Shown here: one piece after another, positions 25,124-38,404 of the stretch
Layout: each line of letters opens with the position of its first letter
Numbering within the stretch: position 1 is the stretch's first letter
Origin: Heterodontus francisci
Taxonomy: Eukaryota
Length of the DNA: 64,000 nucleotides
Assembly: GCF_036365525.1 (NCBI RefSeq)
Contig: NC_090384.1
Location: 30,077,400 to 30,141,399, forward strand
Reading direction: 5' to 3'
The notes under the pieces: generated by a model
What the model was told of the DNA's origin: nothing
What the model saw: only the letters and a program-made list of their open reading frames with translations
The model's database searches: none
Program-made: the position numbers and the translations under genes

Positions 25124-25480
25124 TTTTATTTTATTTTTTTTTTTAGAGATACAGCACTGAAACAGGCCCTTCGGCCCACCAAGTCTGTGCCGACCATTAA
25201 CCACCCATTTATACTAATCCTATATTAATCCCATATTCCTACCACATCCCCACCTTCCCTCAATTCCCCTACCACCTACCTATACTAGGGCAATTTATAA
25301 TGGCCAATTTACATATCAACCTGCAAGTCTTTGGCTGTGGGAGGAAACCGGAGCACCCGGCAAAATCCCACACAGTCACAGGGAGAACTTGCAAACTCCG
25401 CACTGGCAGTACCCAGAATTGAACCCGGGTTGCTGGAGCTGTGAGACTGCGGTGCTAACCACTGTGCCACTGTGCCGCCC
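25124..25480 (-). mobile_element. HE1-like V-SINE, full length, nested in Penelope
   Basis: tRNA head GGGCGGCACAGTGGCACAGTGGTTAGCAC..GGGTTCAATTC; V-domain-like GGGTGCTCCGGTTTCCTCCCACA; CR1-type tail GGGCCGAAGGGCCTGTTTCAGTGCTGTATCTCT followed by (TAAAA)n. Confidence 0.9.
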
Positions 25481-25921
25481 AAGTTGTTCAATGTGAGAAC
25501 AAGTTCAGCCAGGCGGAGGAGGGTGGTGGTGGATGGGGACTAGTTGGGCCTCTGTTCAAGGAAGAAGCGGAGAGCCCTCAAACCATCCTGGTGGGGGATG
25601 GAAGTGTAGAGAGATTGGACGTCCATAGTGAAGAGGAGGCGGTTCGGGCCAGGAAACTGGAAATTGTCAAAATGACGTAGGGCGTCAGAAGAGTCATGGA
25701 TGTGGTTGGGAAGAGACTGGACTAGGGGAATCTGTCAGAACAGTCCTGTTTATGGATTTTAGGAAGGAGGTAGAAGCGGGCTGTCCGGGGTTGCAGAACT
25801 ATGAGGTTAGAAGATGTAGGGGGAAGATCTCCAGAGGAAATGAGGTCAGTGACAGTCCTGTGGACAGTAGCTTGACGTTCGGTGGTGGGGTCATGGTCCG
25901 GGAGAGGTAGGAAGAGGCAGG

Positions 25922-25960
25922 TTATTAGTCCAGTGACATAATCACTATGCGACCGAACCC
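25922..25960 (-). mobile_element. Displaced 5' head of SINE-B
   Basis: tagtccagtgacataatcactatgcgaccgaaccc matches the 5' end of the copy at 47980-48012. Confidence 0.75.
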
Positions 25961-26829
25961 TGTGATGAGATTTTCCCGAAATGAAGTTTTACTGATGAAA
26001 GTAACATTAATGACCTAAAACCATTGAAGCATTTTGAATAAAATGTTACTTGTATAGTGTTGTAATTCCCTGGAAAATGTTTTCTTTAGGCTTAGTTATT
26101 GTGCTGGGAGCCTGAGACGCGATTGAGAGTATTTAGCTAGAGATTCAGTTCTTAATTTCCTGTGGACATTGTGATCCCCAAGATGAGTACTTCAAAGGGA
26201 TCTTTCTGCTACCTCAGCAGTTGTGACTGCTTTTACTATTGCTGTTACCACTGTCTCAGTTTTACTGCCTTGGTCAATTTCTCAGTCCCTTTTCTATTCT
26301 GCCAAATGGCGCATTCCATCTCCACTTTGTGTCCCACTGCCCGTTCCACCTGATAGTGTGAAACCACCACCTTTGCAGTGCTGCCATGTTCCATGTCTCT
26401 GAGCTTAATGCTGCCTAATGCCACGTGATGTTACTTCCCAATGCTCTCAAATGTTGGCACTCACCTTCCCATATCCCAGTGATCGCTTCCCCTCTCCTCA
26501 CCCAAGTGCTCTAAACATCAAGGCAACTTCTGGTGCTTCCAAAATGCAGCTTTTTCCTGTGCTTCAGGACCCCACCCGTATTTGCAGAAGACAAACAGAT
26601 TTCCACATCACAGCTTCATCCACCCCCACTGACCTCTGAAGAATGATGTCAGACACTACTCTCTCGCCACTTTCTTCCCCCACTCCCCACCAAACTCCCT
26701 GTATGTCTTTGCCAAGCCTAATTCACTGTTTCCACAAGGAATGACACTCCCAGAATTCCCTCTAGGTTTTGTTATGTCTTACATTCCTGTTCCATGTGCT
26801 TCATCCTTTTTTCCTCCTCCCCTGCCCCT

Positions 26830-29800
26830 TCCTTTCTCTCTCCGCCCCCCCTCTCTTTCTCTCTCCGCCCCCCCTCTCTTTCTCTCTCCGCCCCCCCTCT
26901 CTTTCTCTCTCCGCCCCCCCTCTCTTTCTCTCTCCGCCCCCCCTCTCTTTCTCTCTCCGCCCCCCCTCTCTTTCTCTCTCCGCCCCCCCTCTCTTTCTCT
27001 CTCCGCCCCCCCTCTCTTTCTCTCTCCGCCCCCCCTCTCTTTCTCTCTCCGCCCCCCCTCTCTTTCTCTCTCCGCCCCCCCTCTCTTTCTCTCTCCGCCA
27101 CCCCTCTCTTTCTCTCTCCGCCCCCCCTCTCTTTCTCTCTCCGCCCCCCCTCTCTTTCTCTCTCCGCCCCCCCTCTCTTTCTCTCTCCGCCCCCCCTCTC
27201 TTTCTCTCTCCGCCCCCCCTCTCTTTTTCTCTCCGCCCCCCCTCTCTTTCTCTCTCCGCCCCCCCTCTCTTTCTCTCTCCGCCCCCCCTCTCTTTCTCTC
27301 TCCGCCCCCCCTCTCTTTCTCTCTCCGCCCCCCCTCTCTTTCTCTCTCCGCCCCCCCTCTCTTTCTCTCTCCGCCCCCCCTCTCTTTCTCTCTCCGCCCC
27401 CCCTCTCTTTCTCTCTCCGCCCCCCCTCTCTTTCTCTCTCCGCCCCCCCTCTCTTTCTCTCTCCGCCCCCCCTCTCTTTCTCTCTCCGCCCCCCCTCTCT
27501 TTCTCTCTCCGCCCCCCCTCTCTTTCTCTCTCCGCCCCCCCTCTCTTTCTCTCTCCGCCCCCCCTCTCTTTCTCTCTCCGCCCCCCCTCTCTTTCTCTCT
27601 CCGCCCCCCCTCTCTTTCTCTCTCCGCCCCCCCTCTCTTTCTCTCTCCGCCCCCCCTCTCTTTCTCTCTCCGCCCCCCCTCTCTTTCTCTCTCCGCCCCC
27701 CCTCTCTTTCTCTCTCCGCCCCCCCTCTCTTTCTCTCTCCGCCCCCCCCTCTCTTTCTCTCTCCGCCCCCCCTCTCTTTCTCTCTCCGCCCCCCCTCTCT
27801 TTCTCTCTCCGCCCCCCCTCTCTTTCTCTCTCCGCCCCCCCTCTCTTTCTCTCTCCGCCCCCCCTCTCTTTCTCTCTCCGCCCCCCCTCTCTTTCTCTCT
27901 CCGCCCCCCCTCTCTTTCTCTCTCCGCCCCCCCTCTCTTTCTCTCTCCGCCCCCCCTCTCTTTCTCTCTCCGCCCCCCCTCTCTTTCTCTCTCCGCCCCC
28001 CCTCTCTTTCTCTCTCCGCCCCCCCTCTCTTTCTCTCTCCGCCCCCCCTCTCTTTCTCTCTCCGCCCCCCCTCTCTTTCTCTCTCCGCCCCCCCTCTCTT
28101 TCTCTCTCCGCCCCCCCTCTCTTTCTCTCTCCGCCCCCCCTCTCTTTCTCTCTCCGCCCCCCCTCTCTTTCTCTCTCCGCCCCCCCTCTCTTTCTCTCTC
28201 CGCCCCCCCTCTCTTTCTCTCTCCGCCCCCCCTCTCTTTCTCTCTCCGCCCCCCCTCTCTTTCTCTCTCCGCCCCCCCTCTCTTTCTCTCTCCGCCCCCC
28301 CTCTCTTTCTCTCTCCGCCCCCCCTCTCTTTCTCTCTCCGCCCCCCCTCTCTTTCTCTCTCCGCCCCCCCTCTCTTTCTCTCTCCGCCCCCCCTCTCTTT
28401 CTCTCTCCGCCCCCCCTCTCTTTCTCTCTCCGCCCCCCCTCTCTTTCTCTCTCCGCCCCCCCTCTCTTTCTCTCTCCGCCCCCCCTCTCTTTCTCTCTCC
28501 GCCCCCCCTCTCTTTCTCTCTCCGCCCCCCCTCTCTTTCTCTCTCCGCCCCCCCTCTCTTTCTCTCTCCGCCCCCCCTCTCTTTCTCTCTCCGCCCCCCC
28601 TCTCTTTCTCTCTCCGCCCCCCCTCTCTTTCTCTCTCCGCCCCCCCTCTCTTTCTCTCTCCGCCCCCCCTCTCTTTCTCTCTCCGCCCCCCCTCTCTTTC
28701 TCTCTCCGCCCCCCCTCTCTTTCTCTCTCCGCCCCCCCTCTCTTTCTCTCTCCGCCCCCCCTCTCTTTCTCTCTCCGCCCCCCCTCTCTTTCTCTCTCCG
28801 CCCCCCCTCTCTTTCTCTCTCCGCCCCCCCTCTCTTTCTCTCTCCGCCCCCCCCTCTCTTTCTCTCTCCGCCCCCCCCTCTCTTTCTCTCTCCGCCCCCC
28901 CCTCTCTTTCTCTCTCCGCCCCCCCCTCTCTTTCTCTCTCCGCCCCCCCTCTCTTTCTCTCTCCGCCCCCCCTCTCTTTCTCTCTCCGCCCCCCCTCTCT
29001 TTCTCTCTCCGCCCCCCCTCTCTTTCTCTCTCCGCCCCCCCTCTCTTTCTCTCTCCGCCCCCCCTCTCTTTCTCTCTCCGCCCCCCCTCTCTTTCTCTCT
29101 CCGCCCCCCCCTCTCTTTCTCTCTCCGCCCCCCCCTCTCTTTCTCTCTCCGCCCCCCCCTCTCTTTCTCTCTCCGCCCCCCCCTCTCTTTCTCTCTCCGC
29201 CCCCCCCTCTCTTTCTCTCTCCGCCCCCCCCCTCTCTTTCTCTCTCCGCCCCCCCCCTCTTTCTCTCTCCGCCCCCCCCTCTTTCTCTCTCCGCCCCCCC
29301 CTCTTTCTCTCTCCGCCCCCCCCTCTTTCTCTCTCCGCCCCCCCCTCTTTCTCTCTCCGCCCCCCCCTCTTTCTCTCTCCGCCCCCCCCTCTTTCTCTCT
29401 CCGCCCCCCCCCTCTTTCTCTCTCCGCCCCCCCCCTCTTTCTCTCTCCGCCCCCCCTCTCTTTCTCTCTCCGCCCCCCCTCTCTTTCTCTCTCCGCCCCC
29501 CCTCTCTTTCTCTCTCCGCCCCCCCTCTCTTTCTCTCTCCGCCCCCCCTCTCTTTCTCTCTCCGCCCCCCCTCTCTTTCTCTCTCCGCCCCCCCTCTCTT
29601 TCTCTCTCCGCCCCCCCTCTCTTTCTCTCTCCGCCCCCCCTCTCTTTCTCTCTCCGCCCCCCCTCTCTTTCTCTCTCCGCCCCCCCTCTCTTTCTCTCTC
29701 CGCCCCCCCTCTCTTTCTCTCTCCGCCCCCCCTCTCTTTCTCTCTCCGCCCCCCCTCTCTTTCTCTCTCCGCCCCCCCTCTCTTTCTCTCTCCGCCCCCC

Positions 29801-30627
29801 CTCTCTTTCTCTCTCCGCCCCCCCTCTCTTTCTCTCTCCGCCCCCCCTCTCTTTCTCTCTCCGCCCCCCCTCTCTTTCTCTCTCCGCCCCCCCTCTCTTT
29901 CTCTCTCCGCCCCCCCTCTCTTTCTCTCTCCGCCCCCCCTCTCTTTCTCTCTCCGCCCCCCCTCTCTTTCTCTCTCCGCCCCCCCTCTCTTTCTCTCTCC
30001 GCCCCCCCTCTCTTTCTCTCTCCGCCCCCCCTCTCTTTCTCTCTCCGCCCCCCCTCTCTTTCTCTCTCCGCCCCCCCTCTCTTTCTCTCTCCGCCCCCCC
30101 TCTCTTTCTCTCTCCGCCCCCCCTCTCTTTCTCTCTCCGCCCCCCCCCTCTCTTTCTCTCTCCGCCCCCCCTCTCTCTTTCTCTCTCCGCCCCCCCCCTC
30201 TCTTTCTCTCTCCGCCCCCCCCCTCTCTTTCGCTCTCCGCCCCCCCCTCTCTTTCTCTCTCCGCCCCCCCCCTCTCTTTCTCTCNNNNNNNNNNNNNNNN
30301 NNNNNNNNNNNNNNNNNNNNNNNNNNNNNNNNNNNNNNNNNNNNNNNNNNNNNNNNNNNNNNNNNNNNNNNNNNNNNNNNNNNNNNNNNNNNNNNNNNNN
30401 NNNNNNNNNNNNNNNNNNNNNNNNNNNNNNNNNNNNNCCGCCCCCCCCTCTCTTTCGCTCTCTCTCTCTCTCTCTCCGCCCCCCCCCTCTCTTTCGCGCT
30501 CTCTCTCTCTCTCTCCGCCCCCCCCTCTCTTTCGCTCTCCGCCCCCCCCCTCACTTTCGCTCTCTCTCTCTCTCTCTCCGCCCCCCCCCCCTCTCTTTCG
30601 CTCTCTCTCTCTCTCCGCTCCTCCCTC
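26830..30627. repeat. 23-bp minisatellite (CCGCCCCCCCTCTCTTTCTCTCT)n, about 150 copies before the gap
   Basis: Directly visible; 22-25-bp variants around 28850-29450 and near the gap; degenerate copies after the gap. Confidence 0.98.
30285..30437. other. Assembly gap (153 N)
   Basis: Run of N inside the minisatellite. Confidence 1.
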
Positions 30628-31053
30628 TTGGGAAACAATGCCGTTTTCACTGAGCTGCGCTATGGAAGGTGATAAATGTTTTAAAAAACCTTGCAGCTAT
30701 GTACGAATGAACTTCATTCAGATGAGGAATAATGTGCACTGCAGTCGGTTAAAGAATTACTCCACCTGAGGTTTGCTGGGGTGTTATAGGTGCTTAACCT
30801 CCTTAGAAGGGCTAAATGCCAAATGATATGCATGATAGAGGGGAAGAGAGAAAAATGTGTGCACCATAAATACACATTTTGCAACACGGAATATGTTGCC
30901 ATTATATTCTGTAACAAAGCAAAGAAAATGCAACAGTGTCATCTTATAACTCTGGTGACGCACAATATCTTTGGGTTTTCACTTTGTGAGATTGGCAGCA
31001 ACCCTGAGGCAAAGAGTTGAAAGCAACGAAGAGTACGCAAAGTTGTATCATTA

Positions 31054-31657
31054 CATTGAATACAAAAGTAGGGAGGTTATGCTTCACTTGTGCAGGAGAT
31101 TGGTGAGACCACATCTGGAGTACTGTATTGGTCCCTTATTTAAGGAAGGATGTAAATGCATTGGAAGCAGCTCAGAGAAGGTTTACTCGACTGCCTGGAA
31201 TGGGCGAGTTGTCTTATGAGGAAAGGTTGGGCAGGCTAGGCTTGTATCTGCTGGGGTTTTGAAGAGTAAGAAGCGACTTGATTGAAACATAAGATTCTGA
31301 GGGGTCTTGACAGGGTGGATGTGGAAAAGATGTTCCCTCTTGTGGGAGAATCTAGAACTCGGGGCCCATGTTTAAAAATAAGGGGTCGCCCATTTAAGAC
31401 AAGTGAGAAATGTTTTCTCTGAGGGTCATGAGTCTTCGGAACTTTCTTCGTCAAAAGGTAGTGGAAGCAGAGTGAATATTTTTAAAGCAGAGGTAGAGAG
31501 GTTGATGATGAGCAAAGGGGTGAAAGGTTATTGGAGGCAGGTGGGAATGTGGAGTTGAGGTTACAATCAGATCAGCCATGATCTTGTTGAATGGTGGAGC
31601 AGGCTTGAGGGGCCGAGTGGTCTACTCCTTCTAATTCGTATGCTTGTATGTCTGTAC
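31054..31657 (+). mobile_element. CR1 LINE 3' fragment
   Basis: IEYKSREVML.L...LVRPHLEYC; 3' tail gggccgagtggtctactcct..attcgtatg. Confidence 0.9.
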
Positions 31658-33343
31658 AGTATGACTTGCTGGAAAAATATGAAGTACAAGTTTGTTCATA
31701 TTTGTACTAGGCATTAAAAAGTACAGAAATTGATTTTTTAAAAAGTCGTTAGGCGCACAACACACAGGTACTGGAATCAGCCAAATGGCACTGGAAAATT
31801 TACAAATTTTTTTAATTTATAGATTTTGTTTTAAGTCAATATTTCTGTACTTTTGTGTTTTTGTTCATTTTCGTACTTGTATTTTTTTTTAAACTCTGCA
31901 AAACGAGTTTGTTAAGCACTCTTAAATAATGAGTGAACTTGTGATGGTTATAGTTAGCATAAATTACAAAAAGTACTGCGGACTAATGCATTACCCATAT
32001 CCCATATTTAAAAAGAGTCGTCTGTTTAAAGATGGAGACTTCTAGTATATTCGGAGTTAACATGTTGCCCGAACAGCATTTAGAATTTCTTTGTGAAAGT
32101 ATATGTGGAAAAAAGGAGGCCAAGTTACACTGCTAACCTGAACTAATCAGTTGAACACAGCAGTGCACAACTTCAGTGTCCTGTTTGATTTCAAGCTGCA
32201 CTTAACATCCAAGATGTGCTCCACCTCCAAAGCAGCTGGCTTACAACTTCAGACATCACCCACCAACACTGCTACCTTAGTGTAGGCAAGAGAAGCTGTT
32301 ACGAGTTTTTAATCTGCTCTGTGGCAATATTTTCAGTAAAATAAGGCAGCAGGAAATTCTCTCAGGTAGACATGAATTGCATCCTACCTATTTTCAGTGC
32401 TTTCCAAGCATACAAAGATATCAGACCAAAACAATTATGAAAAGTTGAGTCAGTGAATAGTAAAAAAAAAATGTTGAAGGTCAAGCAGTGTCATTATTTA
32501 CATATCTACAATAGTGTAAAAAATGAAAGCATATAGTGAACATTTTCAGCAGTATTTTTACTATAGAAAGGTGGACACTTTCTCCTTCCCCAAAAATGGC
32601 CACATTTTTGCCCAAATGCTTGCTAAATTCTAGCTTCTTGCAATTGATGAAATATTTTATAAGAGTTTGCATAGCTGTCCTTTTTGAGCTACCTAATTAT
32701 AAAACCTTAATGATTTGGTGATATTAATATGGGTGGTCTTTCTGTAAAATCTTCCGCAATCATGAAGGCTCGTTATGAAGGGAAGCCTAATACTGGAATT
32801 CCCAAAGACTTTAGAAGTGTAGGTCCACATAATTGCAATATGCTGTAACTAAATTAATATTGACTTTCAAAGGTTCCCTTTGTTAAATGATTATTTAATT
32901 CTGGTTAATGGCACTTGCTTGCTAGAAGGTCTTGCTTTACCCTGGACCAGAGGTACGCAGCCTACTAAAATTGTTAATGAGCTTTGGGTTTAGACTCCAA
33001 GTGAGCTTCCAATGATATATTGATATTTTGTTACTAATTTAATGAAAAGTTTTACATTAATATAGCACCTTCAGAAATGTCAAGGTATTTTACTTATGAA
33101 TTTTACGTTTAGTAATTGGGGATATAAAGTTGTATTAAGATTACATTAATTTCTTAATACATTTATATGCAAGTGATGCACTGTTCACATGTAGAAACTA
33201 GTCAAGTTTTTCAGTATGCTAGCATACATTCTATACATCTTGGTAGTTGAATTGTATAAAAGTGAATGGCGACTAGTGAACTGACCAACTGTTCTTTTTA
33301 GTTTCAAAACTCTGTCAATGAATAATATAGAGGAACAGATTGA

Positions 33344-33547
33344 ATTCACTGACTCGAGCATGATCTGTCTTTTACAAATCCATGCTGGCTATCCTTAATT
33401 AACTTGAACCTCTCCAAGTGCCTATTGATATTTTCCCTGATTATTGTTTCTAAAACCTTTCCCATCACTGATGTTAAACTAACTCGGCTGTAGTTGCTAG
33501 GACTGTCCGTACACCCTTGCTTGAATAAGGATGTCACATTTGCCAGA
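33344..33547 (-). mobile_element. CR1 ORF2 internal fragment
   Basis: ANVT.LFK.G..D.PSNY..VSLTSV.GKVLETII..QHGFVK.RSC. Confidence 0.85.
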
Positions 33548-34199
33548 TTAGGGACAGATCTGAGTACTCTGTCAAAGGGCTTGGGTGCAGGTGGTATCAG
33601 GATCAGCTCTCAGTTGTTGCCGTATTTTTATGGGAACCGCCAGGGATAGGACTGGATAGGAATTTTTGAAGTATTTGGGAAGCTAAAGCGTTGGAGGCGA
33701 AAAGGGCCTAACAACTTTGTGATGGTGGGTCCCAGGGATAATGGCGCTCAAATTATCATTGTCCACTTTTGAATCTTAAGTTGACCTCTTACTCTGGCCC
33801 ATTTGGATCCCTATTTTGTACCCTTGGGTATCCCTTGCTACCACTTTTCCCATTATCTGCCTGTTCCTATCATTATTCCTGTCATAAAGCATTTAAACGT
33901 AAATATTTTGCTTAAAATTAACGGGTTGAGAGTGCGCAGCTTCCTGATGTGCACTTCTGGTGCATGTCAGGAGTGTGTAACAGGAAAATTAAGTGTGACA
34001 TTGGTGAGTTTGCCAACTTGTATAGTCTATCAAATTTCCATCAATACACAAGCTCAAAATGCTCAGTTTAAAAAAAAAAAATAAAAACTAAAACCTGAGT
34101 TATTTAGAGGAAAGAAAATTTTAACTGAATATATACGAGGGGGCACTTTTGTAAAATTATTGGCTGCCCTTTTAGGACAGAGATGGTGGTGGAGGCGGG

Positions 34200-34380
34200 G
34201 TTATTGAATAATTTTAAGATGGAGGTAGATAGATTCTTGTTAGGGAAGGGAGTCAAAGGTTATCTAGGGTAGATGGGAGTGTGGAATTTGAGACACAAAC
34301 AGATCAGCCATGATCTTATTGAATGGCGAAGCAGGCTCGAGGGGCCGAACGGCCTACTTCTCCTAATTCATATGTTTGTA
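34200..34380 (+). mobile_element. CR1 3' tail fragment
   Basis: gatcagccatgatcttattgaatggcg..gcaggctcgaggggccgaa, as at 31570-31620. Confidence 0.82.
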
Positions 34381-34968
34381 CAACTCTTAAAAGGTAATTG
34401 ACTTAAAATCCATTTTCTGTAAGTCTCCGTTTACCGACCAACAACAAATAAAGCATGATAACTGTTGCTATTCACATATGCTTCCTCTTGCAAGTGATTT
34501 ACCTGTGGTGAATTTGTAACAGAAAAATAGAAATGTTAACGTAGGTTTATATTAAATGCTTAAAAACAAGCTTGGAGACTTCATTTTACATTTTATTTGC
34601 AAATCTTTTGGAAAACCAATAAACTTTCTACACAAAGGATGCACTCCTGTATCCTTCAAGTGCTGTTGATAAACAGATAACATACTGGAAAGATCTGCAA
34701 GCTGCACATACTCAATGGCTGTGTATGGTTTCAAAAATGATTGCCCTGGATAACTATACAGTCAAACCCCATGCTTTAGCAATACGTTGACGCCCTGGAA
34801 GAAATTTTTTAAAGGACGGTGTTGAAAGATATAAAAGACAATTCAGTGGACAAAATAGTCATTTTATTGTGATATATAATGAAATATATTTAATATATAT
34901 TGCTTAGAACCTTATTGGACATTGTCAAGTTCAGTGATTTGGAAAAACATCTTGAGTGATTTGCCACT

Positions 34969-35940
34969 TGTTACAAAAGTGCTTCCATTTTTTTTAAATC
35001 CATTTTTCTGAGGACTTGTGTGAAAACTGAAAAGATTCCATGGATGTGTTTTTTCTACCAAGTTCACCGAAGGGACACATGAGATGTTGTTTGAAAGCCA
35101 CTTGTGCTGGAAATCAGGTGCTTAGGGCTCAGTAAACAACAGAACCTTTGGTGACCCGGGGAAAAATTGTTAGAGAAGCCACATTTCAAGGTTTATGGAG
35201 GTCAGGAGATCGACTCTCTGGGGTTTGGATATTGTTTTCAGTGGGTGAACTGTTTGAAAACAGTTGGTGTTTTCCTGCCAAGGAAAAAGAAACCACCCAG
35301 CTCACCACCTCCTCTAGCTCTTTGAAGAAATCCTGCAAAGATTCTGTGTGGGAGAGCTAAAATCCCTGGTGCTGCATAGCTCCTGAGAAGCTGAAAAAAA
35401 TGTCTGCGATTCAAGTGTCTGCTGGCGGAAAACCCTGATGCCACATTTCTCCTGGAAAGCCTACTCAAATAATTCTTGACATCGCCAGAAAGGACTGCTT
35501 CTGAAACGATCCCAGTGACCCCTCTCCGTATACCTGGAAACCAAACCAAAAAAGGGACAACTGATTTCCTTCCATATCTTTTTTTTCCGTCAAGAATTAG
35601 CAAGTATTTAGCCAAAGTGGACTTTTTTTTTTGTAGCAGACCTCTGCATGGAGAATTTCTGTATTTTTCCAGTGTGTGTGTAATTGGGGAATTTAAAAAG
35701 GGAACGTTCATATTTCAATCTGTGTTAATGCCTTGCTTAGTTACTGTTGACGTCTTGGTTTATAATAATCTGATAATTTTGTTGTTTATTGAAGAAACCT
35801 GGTTGGTGTATTTTGTTCTGGGACATAAAAAAAGAGTGTATGATTGGCTGTACCGGTAACTGGGTAAACATTTAAATGTATGTTATGACCTGTGGAGAAG
35901 TGGAACTAGAAAAGACAGTGCACTCCTCCTGCCTTGGTCA
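34969..35940 (+). mobile_element. Solo LTR (Gypsy-like; same family as 41862 and 60143)
   Basis: Starts TGTTACA; TSD CACT (34965-34968 and 35941-35944); lacks 5 terminal nt (ends GGTCA instead of GGTCATAACA); reverse-complement homology to 41862-42833. Confidence 0.85.
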
Positions 35941-36440
35941 CACTTAAAAAGCCAGTGAAAGTTGACATAGGATAATTGAATGGGAAATTTTGACATTCCA
36001 ATTTTTACCCATTGTAACTTGGTGTGTGAGACAGAAAATCCTAAGTAGCATAGTAGTGAAACCGTATACAACATTTTTAATTAAGTTAAATATTGGTGAT
36101 CTAGTTCCTTACCGTGCAATCTACCATATCGGTGAGTCGTGTTTCAGTTTGCGTTAGGGTGGGAATTCAGTCCAGAGGTTTTTGAATAATTCATGATTGA
36201 ATATTGTGCTTTAATGTGAACTGATCATGCATTAGGCATTTCATTTTGTTCAACATTCTTGATTAAAAAACATAGTGCACTTTATTTGTTTTTTGTATAG
36301 CCAAGAATGAATGTCTTTGTTTTTATTTGTGTGGTCATAAAATGGAGCACTCTAATATAACTAATATTCCTCCCCCACCAATATTTACATGTTAATGCGA
36401 ACTCTGTCTTGAAAATCACTTTACTAATTGAAAAATTTGA

Positions 36441-36540
36441 AATAAAAACAAAATACTAGAATTGCACAGCAGGTCCAACAGCACCTGTAAAGGGAAAAGA
36501 CAACTCAAAGTTTTGGCTGTCACCCCTTTATCATAACTGG
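36441..36540 (-). mobile_element. Degraded Penelope terminal-repeat fragment
   Basis: ataaaaacaaaatact..cagcaggtc..cagca.ctgt resembles 23490-23590. Confidence 0.5.
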
Positions 36541-37299
36541 AAATCAAGTGAGTCCCTAAAGGGAATTAAACAACAAAAAAAGTGGGGTAGACAGAGGAAT
36601 AATAGCCAGAGTCATGAGTCAGGAATGCTGACATTGATCACAGAGAAGAGATAATTTGCTGAATACATTGTAAACAGACTGGAGAGAAGTCAAAATTGGA
36701 TATACAAAATAAGCCAACATTGGCCGTTAAAATTTTAAAGGGTCATGAAAATATCTGATCGAGGTCATGCAAAGACTGTGTTGGGACCCACACAAAAGCT
36801 GTTTTGATGCTAGAGGTGATCAGGTGCCTAGGCTGCACCAGTGTATCCTTTCAGGTGACCATTGCAGCCTCTGGTCTGAGCATTGACTTTTGACGTTTCA
36901 GGCAATAGCTGATTCTAGAGATCATTTAAAAATCCATTTTACCCAATCTACAGTAATAAATTTCTGAATTGTTCAGGTGGTAGTTCAACATTTTCTAAAT
37001 GTTTTCTTACTAAAAATCAGGTTTTGTGACGTGTATAATATTGGCATCACTGAAATGATGCACACCTGTTTCTGGACCTGAGTTTTGGCAAAGAGAAACA
37101 AGTCTTGAAATGTGGATTTTTTTTTAAAGGGACCAGGGTTATCTTTAGGTGTTACTCTGTGGAGGGTAATTCTTTATACAGCCATAAACATCGTTCTCAT
37201 TCCCAGTCAGGTATGGAGAAACTGCAGCCGTGCATTGACATGGTTGGCCATCTGAAAGCAGCTCGTCAATCAAAGACTGACTCAGGTCACATGCCAACG

Positions 37300-37500
37300 C
37301 ATTGTTGCCTTCAGCTGTCTAGGCCCTACATTCTGTAATTCCCTCCCTAAACCCCTCTACCCCTCTCGTTCCTCCTTTAAGACACTCCTCAAAACCTACC
37401 TCTTCAATCAAGCTTTTTGCCATATGTCTTCAGCTGTGTCACATTTTGTGAAGTGCCTTGGGATTTTTACTGTGTTGAAGGTGCTGTACAATTGCACATT
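37300..37500 (+). mobile_element. L2 3' tail
   Basis: gccttcagctgtctaggccc..ctcctttaagacactcctcaaaacctacctc..gtgaagtgccttggga. Confidence 0.75.
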
Positions 37501-38404
37501 GGAAACTAAAAGCAAGATCACAACTTTTACTGTCCCATAATCAAAGTGGCAAGTTTACTTTTTTAAAAAAACTATCTAGGTATTTGTTTACAGTTTTATA
37601 GTGAGCTGCATAGAAATGGTGTACAATTGTGGGCTGTTATTTATTCTGATTCTACCTTTTTATAAGTTTTAGCAATGTTTAAATTAAAAACTTTTTAAAC
37701 TGATTTTCTGCAAATTTACCCAGGCGTTTGAGGTCAAATTTCATACGCCACCGATCTATCTTTTCTTAAACACAAAATCCAAAAGAGTGTTTTAAAATTG
37801 CTTCTTAACTATTTCTCTAATTTTGTTGGGGGTCTACTTCTCTAATTTTCTTGGAGGCCATAGGTTGCTGGTGATTCTAAATCTACCTTGGCTTCTGGTG
37901 AGAGAGGAAACAATGACATGGACGTAGAATCTTTATCAGAACACAGCATTTCTAGTTTAAAAAAAAAATCTTATTTCAGCCATTTTCTTTTTATTAAATT
38001 TAACTGCATTTATATTTGTGTTGGAGGAATAGTGGTGCCATTGGTTCTTAGTGCATAGGCCTCGTGTTGTCATTGGGACCATTGTGTATCGTTGTTGGAT
38101 CTGCTGGTACTGGCTGTTGAAACACCTGATTTTTTTTTAAACTCGGTTTTTCCAGGAGATGATTTTGATGGGGCTGATGGGTTTGCCAGTGGCTGTGTAT
38201 GATCTGTGCATGGGCATTGACATCAGTACGTGCCTCATACCCATTTTCACCAGCTCACATTGCTATTTTCGAACCCATTTGTTCTTGTAATACCTTAGCA
38301 TTGTCTCACTAAGATCCATGTTCTCCAGAAAATCCATGAGTGCATCCTTGGGGTTTAGAGAGAACATATTGAATTGGCAACTGCAAGGCCATAGCAAAGA
38401 TATA

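Larger units (their letters stand above)
23488..25921 (-). mobile_element. Penelope-like retroelement (RT plus GIY-YIG endonuclease) inserted in SINE-B
   Basis: GVAMG..MGPSYACL, FF.YIDD, LPFL, YKPTDSHSYLDYTSSHP, and NLVYCIRCSQCGLLY.GETK.RL..F (GIY-YIG); terminal repeat at 23488-23590. Confidence 0.92.

Noticed and set aside
26830-30284. CRISPR-like array
   Set aside because: Head-to-tail repeats with no unique spacers, no cas genes, and a vertebrate context.
26741-30769. Four ORFs of about 1,300 aa (P/S/L-rich or R/E/G-rich)
   Set aside because: They are artefacts of the 23-bp repeat, which lacks stop codons in every frame, and they run through the N gap.
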